DNA of 64,000 nt from an uncultured virus (IMG/VR IMGVR_UViG_3300028384_001589) (lineage: Duplodnaviria; Heunggongvirae; Uroviricota; Caudoviricetes), in IMG/VR virus record IMGVR_UViG_3300028384_001589. One strand, written 5' to 3'. The notes under the pieces are model-generated. The model saw only the letters and a list, made by a program, of their open reading frames with translations, was not told the origin of the DNA and did no database searches. The number at the start of each line of letters is the position of its first letter. Position 1 is the first letter of the stretch. Position numbers and translations under genes: made by a program. Below are positions 58,392 to 64,000 of this stretch, piece by piece.

Positions 58392-60468
58392 CGTTTGTAT
58401 TGTTTACTTGAATATAGTTTTCATTAAATGTAAAACTGTCAAGTTCTAAACCATTTAGATAAGAGTTTTTCCATCTTTTTGTAGATGTTCCTAAGTCATA
58501 TGTGTTTGTAACATTAGGATACAAATCTTGATCAAACGGTGTATTAAAATCTACCGTATCACTTGCTTGATCACCAATTCTTACCAACGATCCGCCAATT
58601 GTCAAACTTCCGTCAAGTGTAAGTTGATCCATTCTAACATTTGTAGGAATATTATGTACATTAGAAGGTGAAGCAAAATTAATTGGTCCTGCAACAGATT
58701 TAATTGTGTTAGGTGCAATAATTCTTATAGCACCAGTTTCAACATTGCCGCCATCAATAAATGAAGTTTCACCGCCCGGAGTTGTTACACGTAAACTTGA
58801 TATTCCACTTGCATCAACTGTGTCGGCATCAATACTTGTTGTACCGTCTTTTAGATTTACAAAGAAGTTATCACCAACTTTGAAGTTACCTAATTGATCC
58901 TGTGATTGAAAATAAACAGTACCATTATTAATTTTTACAACTTCATTTGCTGAAACATTTAAGGTATTGTCATTGGTTACATCTTTGCCTACGCCAATGT
59001 AAGCAAAGTTATGTGAAATTAAATATGCAAGTGTTTCATCACCGTCAGCAACAATACCGTAATTACCATAGATACTTGCTGATCCAATTGAACGCAATTC
59101 TCCACCTTTGATTAGTACACTGTCACTTCTCCATCTTCCTGGACCGTTAACAATATAGTACGATCTGTTAGCAAAATATGTAAAGGAATTTAACCACTCT
59201 ACTCTAACACCGTTAGTCATTGTAACAGCATCTACTCCAGGTGTAATAAATGTTACACTATGGAATAGCATACTTGCTTCATTTGTGTCGTGATCTAAAA
59301 CACTTCCATCAATATAAGCGCCGCGACCTGCGTCTCCACTTGCAAACCCTCTTGGATCTGTTGCACTTACTGCACTGCCTTGTGTAATTACTGTTACGTT
59401 TCTAATGTAAGGTGAACGTGTTGTAACTCTTGCATCTCCGGCAAATCTAAAAGCATGACCTTTATTGTTTGCACTGTCATAGAAAAAGTTTTTGATTGTT
59501 AAATTTTCAACTGTACTTTCACCGTTTAGTAAAAATGCATCTTCGCTTTGATTATCTGTAGTAGGACGTATTTCTACGTTACGAATATCTTGTCCTTTTA
59601 CTGTAACTCCTGCAGGTACTTCTAAAGGAAATTCTTCTTCGTAATCACCTGCATTAATGTAAACAGTATCTCCTGCTTGTGCTCGACTTAGAGCATATTT
59701 AATTGTACCTAAAGGACCTTGTGGACTTGTACCACGTCTTGTATTGTCGCCATTAACAGCAACATACCATATTTTACCCTGTGAAAGTGTAACTTCAATT
59801 CCATCAATGGTTACATTTTCTGCACTAATAACATTATCAACACTGAGTGCAGTTGATTCTAAATTAAATCTTTTTAGGTTTGCACCAATATTAAATGTAT
59901 CTGTAACATCTGGCATTAGGTTGCCGTCGATGTCGCCCCTAAATCTTACATTATCTTCATCGCCATCACCACCGATAAAAATATTTCCATCAAATGTAAT
60001 ATTACCAGTAGCATGAATGTTACCATCTGCTGTTACAGTTTTTGCCGCGGTAATTAATTCAATAGTTCCTGTACCGTTTGTTATAACATCTACATCTGCA
60101 TTTGTTGTGTGTGAGCCAACATAATTGTTTTGTATGTCAACCGACGATGTTCTAATACCGCCAACAACTACTCCACTGCCTGCGCCGCCAGCATGATTAA
60201 TATTAATATTTCCTGCAAGTGTGCTTATACCGTCTGGTCCAAACGTTAAGTCACCTATGTTTAGTTTATTTGTAATTGTAAGATCTTGTCCACTACTTCT
60301 TGCTCTAAGTGTACCGTCAACTGTAAATTCTCTTGGGCGTGTAAGGGTATTAATACCAATTTTTCCATCGGTATGGCCTATGTACAGTAAATCTGTTTCA
60401 ACTGCAAGGTCTGCTTCTCTTTGTAGATTTGCTTTTAAAAGCGGTCCGGAAATTCTTCCAAGGCTCAT
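57613..60468 (-). CDS. Large fibre protein D, paralogue of C without LamG
   Basis: Shares RSPYI.NV.VIT.GS, DPRGF, EASMLFHSVTFITPG and EWLNSF.YFA with fibre C, plus twin P.G...RP...G..RYN C-terminal modules. Late promoter at 60488-60494. Confidence 0.82.
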   Translation of the reverse strand: MSLGRISGPLLKANLQREADLAVETDLLYIGHTDGKIGINTLTRPREFTVDGTLRARSSGQDLTITNKLNIGDLTFGPDGISTLAGNININHAGGAGSGVVVGGIRTSSVDIQNNYVGSHTTNADVDVITNGTGTIELITAAKTVTADGNIHATGNITFDGNIFIGGDGDEDNVRFRGDIDGNLMPDVTDTFNIGANLKRFNLESTALSVDNVISAENVTIDGIEVTLSQGKIWYVAVNGDNTRRGTSPQGPLGTIKYALSRAQAGDTVYINAGDYEEEFPLEVPAGVTVKGQDIRNVEIRPTTDNQSEDAFLLNGESTVENLTIKNFFYDSANNKGHAFRFAGDARVTTRSPYIRNVTVITQGSAVSATDPRGFASGDAGRGAYIDGSVLDHDTNEASMLFHSVTFITPGVDAVTMTNGVRVEWLNSFTYFANRSYYIVNGPGRWRSDSVLIKGGELRSIGSASIYGNYGIVADGDETLAYLISHNFAYIGVGKDVTNDNTLNVSANEVVKINNGTVYFQSQDQLGNFKVGDNFFVNLKDGTTSIDADTVDASGISSLRVTTPGGETSFIDGGNVETGAIRIIAPNTIKSVAGPINFASPSNVHNIPTNVRMDQLTLDGSLTIGGSLVRIGDQASDTVDFNTPFDQDLYPNVTNTYDLGTSTKRWKNSYLNGLELDSFTFNENYIQVNNTNEDLELRASGTGNVVFDNITARSNILGSYIDDLQLQPNTKLTIDSTTRIQLPVGTNAQRKDNVGDIRYNSSIGIFEGYSGGNVSFPGVYDTDRDTFFDLQNNEFRFVTGGATNTLLNGQILETNRFDSQNTLSIDGNTITSATPNADISFRSNGLGSIGQEDLVFKDNTITNTLNSAFTFQLADIYSYLKFDQTMGIVVPFGDDSQRPSNPETGATRYNTDRGYLESWNGTQWVLAAGGGESVTEEYAEDVNFLWNIILG

Positions 60469-60499
60469 AGTTAATACTCCTTAACTATATTTATTGGAT

Positions 60500-61027
60500 T
60501 TACTTGTCGAAGTTATGTAGGACTGTTACTGCTTTGCCGTTTGGCACTGGTGAAAGGAATTTAATGTAATAACCGTCTGCATAAGGACTGTTAGGTCCTG
60601 CAAGATTACCACTTGAACTTTGTTCAAGTGTGTAGTTAGTTGTTGAAAGTTGTAGAACGTTTTCTACAACAACAAATACGCTCTGTGCTGAACTTGGTAC
60701 TGGATATGAACTGTCGTTTGCATCAAGAGGACCAAAGACAGTTTCAACTCCGTCGCCTGTTCCTAAACTTTGTTGTGTAATAGGTGTAGGTTCTTTAAGT
60801 CTAATTTCTTTCCATACACCGTTATCGTAAAATTCAACACTGTTGTTGTCGTTGTTAAAACGCATTTGACCAAGTGCAGGATTTGAAGGACGATCAGCGT
60901 CGCCTCCTACAGGAACTCTCATAGCCGCTTTTGATCTAAATTCAAACACACCGTTTGTATTATAGAAAGCACCCTGGCCTCTAAATACACCTCTGCGATT
61001 TGTTGTTTGTGCTTTTAAAAATCTCAT
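60500..61027 (-). CDS. Virion structural protein
   Basis: VPVG..ADRP...GQMRFN....VEFY...W module as in fibres C and D, followed by a GDG..T.F beta domain. Confidence 0.72.
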   Translation of the reverse strand: MRFLKAQTTNRRGVFRGQGAFYNTNGVFEFRSKAAMRVPVGGDADRPSNPALGQMRFNNDNNSVEFYDNGVWKEIRLKEPTPITQQSLGTGDGVETVFGPLDANDSSYPVPSSAQSVFVVVENVLQLSTTNYTLEQSSSGNLAGPNSPYADGYYIKFLSPVPNGKAVTVLHNFDK

Positions 61028-61374
61028 TACACTTCCAAGTAACTGACTGTAGCACTTAAATTATATGGTGCTTGTCCTGTTAAGATAATTCTATCTCCTG
61101 CGGATAATACCATCTTTTCAGTATCAAACGTAAAACTATCAGAACCAGCAACTTTAACTGCTTTTGCAATTTGTGTTTGTGCACCTACTGTAATTGCTCC
61201 GTTTGCCGCGTCTGCTGGAACAAAATAAAGATCAAATGTTGCATCGTTTGCACCTGTTAAATCTTCTGCGGCATGGTTACAAACAACTAATGTAAGAATT
61301 GCGTACTGTTTATCCGTTGGAACAGTTACTATTGCTTGTTGTGTGTTATCTACTAAAATATTTGCTATTGCCAT
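61027..61374 (-). CDS. Small virion adaptor-like protein
   Basis: TVP...YAILTLVVCN, EKMVLSAGD.I and VSYLEV resemble 39338-39655 and 53431-53760. Late promoter at 61380-61386. Confidence 0.68.
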   Translation of the reverse strand: MAIANILVDNTQQAIVTVPTDKQYAILTLVVCNHAAEDLTGANDATFDLYFVPADAANGAITVGAQTQIAKAVKVAGSDSFTFDTEKMVLSAGDRIILTGQAPYNLSATVSYLEV

Positions 61375-61388
61375 CGTAATATTTATCC

Positions 61389-62360
61389 TTACAATAGATA
61401 CCCATAAAGTAGGGCTCTATTTTTACTAATTAGTTCATCGTTTGTATTATTTGTATTTACAAAATATAAGCCGGTATTACCTACACCTTCTGACTTAGAA
61501 TACAGTTTAATTCCGTCTGTTGGTGCTAATGGATCTACAATTGGATCATCAGTTCCTGGAGTTTCTGTAATTTGTAATACATCATTGATTTTAACTGTAC
61601 CAGTCCCTGGTGCATCTAATACAATATCTCCATTACTTACAGTTCCTGAAATTGTTTGACCTGCAATTCTTAAATCATTAAGTTCGATTCTGTCTGGAAA
61701 ATATGTAGCAATGACAGAACTATCCATCATAAAGTCTACTCTACTTAATCCTACGCCATCAGTTGCATCTGTTGCTTCAACCTGTGTATTACCATCTGCA
61801 ATTTTTCTAATTTGCAAGTCTGTGAGTGTTTGATCAATAGCACCGTCTACATATGCTACGTTTGCTAATGCTTCGTCTACACCTATAATAGCATTTCCAT
61901 AAGCAGTTGCAGATCCAACTATTGTTACCGGTCTGCTATTTGTGTCAAGAAATAGTTCACTACCACCTGTTTGAATGCTTGGTGCTCTTATACCTAAATA
62001 ATTTCCTGCTGTATCTTTGAATGTAAATGTACCAAATGCTTGAACTGCTGGAGCATTTGGATTCACATATTCTAAACTTTCGTCAAATAATATCTGTGCA
62101 TCGTCTAAAGTACCTCTATCAATTCTAATACCTGCTGTAGTTTCTCCAACACCTGCGCCAGTTTCGCCTCTGTTGATTAATAGGATATTATCTTCAATTT
62201 CTAAATTAGTCGAACTTACTGTTACAGTTTCACCTTCAACTACCAAATCACCCGTAACTCTAACTTCACCAACACCTGCACCTGTGTCAAGTCTAATAGA
62301 TCCGTTGTTTTGAACTTTTACTGTAAAGTTACCATTTGGTACTGAAACATATTTTGACAT
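61389..62360 (-). CDS. Virion structural / fibre-like protein
   Basis: V.GDL.V.G.T.TV.S..L.IEDN....N.GE and AGI.IDRG motifs typical of phage fibre proteins. Confidence 0.72.
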   Translation of the reverse strand: MSKYVSVPNGNFTVKVQNNGSIRLDTGAGVGEVRVTGDLVVEGETVTVSSTNLEIEDNILLINRGETGAGVGETTAGIRIDRGTLDDAQILFDESLEYVNPNAPAVQAFGTFTFKDTAGNYLGIRAPSIQTGGSELFLDTNSRPVTIVGSATAYGNAIIGVDEALANVAYVDGAIDQTLTDLQIRKIADGNTQVEATDATDGVGLSRVDFMMDSSVIATYFPDRIELNDLRIAGQTISGTVSNGDIVLDAPGTGTVKINDVLQITETPGTDDPIVDPLAPTDGIKLYSKSEGVGNTGLYFVNTNNTNDELISKNRALLYGYLL

Positions 62361-62378
62361 TTTAAATCCTTAAACTAA

Positions 62379-62398
62379 GTGGGGGATTGCTCCCCCAC
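62379..62398 (-). terminator. GNRA hairpin, weak terminator or attenuator
   Basis: Minus strand GTGGGGGA-GCAA-TCCCCCAC followed by TTAGTTT. Confidence 0.6.
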
Positions 62399-62406
62399 CA
62401 ATGTTA

Positions 62407-62856
62407 TTATGCATCATCTGTGAAATCGTCGTCGTCAGTTCCTGCAAGATCGTCATCACCTGCTTCTTCAACTTGTACGCCGCCGTCTGTTAAGTCTGCA
62501 TCAAAGTTCCATGCAGTTGACTTACCGTCTAATGCGTTAGTACCTGTTGCACTTGGAGCCGCTAATGTAACTTTGCGTCCTGAAATTTTAGATACGCCAT
62601 AAGTTTCACCGTCGTCACCTTTTACTGAAATAGACATTTGACCTGCTGTCAAAGCCGCTGGTAAAACACCAGTTTGTAGAACACAAGTGTATTCTGTATC
62701 TGTTGCTCCAATTTCAGCAACAACAAAACGCTTTGATCCTTTTTGTCTTACAATATGACCTTCAACAACTGATGTACCGTTGTGAAAGTTAACTTTAATT
62801 TCGTTTCCTCCAGCAGTTGGTTCGCCGAAGTATCTTTTATTAAGTGGTCTTCCCAT
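62407..62856 (-). CDS. Hypothetical late protein (possible capsid decoration or structural)
   Basis: Start reassigned to ATG at 62856 (AGGAGA RBS; MGRPLNKRYFG). Flanked by a late promoter and a hairpin. Confidence 0.7.
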   Translation of the reverse strand: MGRPLNKRYFGEPTAGGNEIKVNFHNGTSVVEGHIVRQKGSKRFVVAEIGATDTEYTCVLQTGVLPAALTAGQMSISVKGDDGETYGVSKISGRKVTLAAPSATGTNALDGKSTAWNFDADLTDGGVQVEEAGDDDLAGTDDDDFTDDA

Positions 62857-62950
62857 TTGTTTTCTCCTATATAAGTAGTCCAATGCGGGTTCTATCCGCT
62901 ACGCTGTGGGTACAGCATAAGTCCGCCTTGCGGCTCGCTATTTGACACAA
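62857..62950 (-). promoter_or_regulatory. Candidate structured 5' leader RNA
   Basis: After ATAAATA (62952-62958) come hairpins GCC-GCAA-GGC, GCTGT-ACCC-ACAGC and GCGG-ATAGAAC-CCGC, with a possible closing stem, just before the RBS. Confidence 0.55.
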
Positions 62951-62954
62951 GTAT

Positions 62955-63374
62955 TTATCTAATTGTATAGAATGGTGATTTTTTCGGGGTTACAGTTAAA
63001 TTGATAAAATGCCTAATAAAATCAAAACGTGTGGCAAGTAATCCAAATAATTCGGTATTCATTCCTTCGTTGATCATAGTATAACTGCTTTTACCTATAT
63101 TACTATAATAATCAATGCTTATACCGTATTCAGGAAATACACCCGTAACAAACAAACAAGTATCACCCAATTCTTTGGCAGATAATCTATAAGGTTGTTT
63201 TAATGCTAAGAGTTCTTCTGCGAATGTAGTTTCAGGTAGGAAATTTGGTTTGTCAATTTTATCTGCAAGAAGCATTACTACGTAGGATTCAATTTCAATA
63301 GGTAATTGATATCCTGTAGTCTCGGATGCCTCCTTGACAATATCATAAAAGGCCGTTGTATATTCGTCCTTCAT
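62955..63374 (-). CDS. Hypothetical protein
   Basis: 139 aa with YVVMLLA, LGDTCLF.TG.FP and YY..IG.SSY. CTAAATA upstream at 63380-63386. Confidence 0.7.
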   Translation of the reverse strand: MKDEYTTAFYDIVKEASETTGYQLPIEIESYVVMLLADKIDKPNFLPETTFAEELLALKQPYRLSAKELGDTCLFVTGVFPEYGISIDYYSNIGKSSYTMINEGMNTELFGLLATRFDFIRHFINLTVTPKKSPFYTIR

Positions 63375-63391
63375 ACAAATATTTAGTCATT

Positions 63392-63429
63392 AAAAAAGGT
63401 TTATCCAGTCTCCCGAATAAACCTCTTTT
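63392..63429 (-). terminator. Rho-independent terminator closing the ncRNA candidate
   Basis: Minus strand AGGTTTATTCGG-GAGA-CTGGATAAACCT followed by a T-run. Confidence 0.8.
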
Positions 63430-63651
63430 AGGCATAAGCAAAATAGGGAGGACTCGGTTATACCTCCAACCCCTCGCCGCAGATACCATTCTGAAACCAG
63501 GGAGCCTGTAGCCGCTCGGTAGAGCGATGTGACTCAGCGTATTTCTACTACCAAGCCTGGGTACCACCCCTTTACAGCCAAGTTCGACGCTCTGGTAAAC
63601 GCCTCTTCCTTGCACTATATACATCGGACCGCTAAATCCTTTGTAACTTAT
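63392..63651 (-). ncRNA. Candidate free-standing structured non-coding RNA (~260 nt)
   Basis: GC-rich island with nested stems, bounded by a sigma70 promoter and an intrinsic terminator. The overlapping ORF is implausible. RNA family not identified. Confidence 0.65.
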
Positions 63652-63657
63652 AATACT

Positions 63658-63686
63658 AATATAACAAATCTTTGTGAAAAAAGCAA
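63658..63686 (-). promoter_or_regulatory. Sigma70-type promoter for the ncRNA candidate
   Basis: Minus strand TTGCTT-17 nt-TATATT with an extended -10 TGn. Confidence 0.6.
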
Positions 63687-63724
63687 TGGTTAGGTTAACC
63701 AAAATAGATGTTTTGAATAGTCAA

Positions 63725-63754
63725 TAAAAAAGGGCGACATAAAGCCGCCCTTTT
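63725..63754 (-). terminator. Rho-independent terminator of gp23
   Basis: Minus strand AAAAGGGCGGC-TTTAT-GTCGCCCTTTTTT, just after the capsid stop codon. Confidence 0.85.
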
Positions 63755-63771
63755 CGTTTTTGTATAATCTC

Positions 63772-63999
63772 TTATGAGAAAGATACGTTTGCTACAGACA
63801 CACGTGCCAAGTAGTCAGCCGCATTACCAAGAGATGATGCAGTGTTGTTTAACTCTACATAACCATATCTTGTCATGAACGAAACTACTGGTTCGAATGT
63901 ACCTGGATCAAGTACAACACCTGAAGACATTAGCGGAATGTATGGGCAATAGAATGCCGCCGCATCTGATTCTGATGTTCCTTTGTATCCAACAAGTAC
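63772..63999 (-). CDS. gp23: Major capsid protein, T4 gp23-like (C-terminal 75 aa only)
   Basis: Not in the ORF track. Manual translation gives VLVGYKGTSESDAAAFYCPYIPLMSSGVVLDPGTFEPVVSFMTRYGY...NVSFS*, the gp23 C-terminal signature. Confidence 0.96.
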   Translation of the reverse strand, partial: VLVGYKGTSESDAAAFYCPYIPLMSSGVVLDPGTFEPVVSFMTRYGYVELNNTASSLGNAADYLARVSVANVSFS

Positions 64000-64000
64000 G

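Noticed and set aside
708..62602. Many short ORFs antisense to or nested within long genes (e.g. 1945-2442, 42301-42840, 44956-45309)
   Set aside because: Shadow ORFs produced by codon bias of the real genes, with no RBS or recognisable motifs.
62857..62883. MDYLYRRKQ extension of ORF 62407-62883
   Set aside because: The AGGAGA RBS lies inside it, directly before ATG 62856.
63343..63702. 119-aa minus-strand ORF from the track
   Set aside because: It spans a promoter, a structured GC-rich region and a terminator, has no RBS and has atypical composition. Better explained as an ncRNA locus.
1..64000. CRISPR array, tRNA/rRNA genes, introns/inteins, stop-codon recoding
   Set aside because: No regularly spaced repeats or cloverleafs in the short intergenic gaps. 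terL and sheath are uninterrupted, and standard-code ORFs tile the window densely.

Overview
This window is part of a large, AT-rich, T4-like (contractile-tail) phage genome, probably a jumbo phage from an aquatic source (inference). It is densely coding and mostly on the minus strand. Left end: uvsX (partial) and gp32 SSB, then terminase large and small subunits, gp4-like head completion protein, tail tube, tail sheath, dNMP kinase and divergently arranged neck genes gp13 and gp14-gp15. A NUDIX-hldE-hldD-unknown-cupin cassette for ADP-heptose synthesis follows gp15. From about 21 kb to 63 kb lies a block of fibre and virion genes made of paralogous pairs. Inside it sit three roughly 10% Cys, Gly-rich adhesin-like paralogues and two Tfa-like chaperones, followed by a nitrilase-family enzyme, a GT9 heptosyltransferase-like protein, two SGNH-like proteins and a CmcH/NodU-type carbamoyltransferase. 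The 3' end of the gp23 major capsid gene closes the window. About 20 T4-late-like (N)TAAATA promoters, three sigma70-type promoters, several terminators, one free-standing structured ncRNA candidate and two structured 5' leaders are visible. The best candidate for a new system is late-expressed, phage-encoded heptosylation and carbamoylation of Cys-rich tail adhesins. All family calls come from motif recognition by eye; no searches were run.
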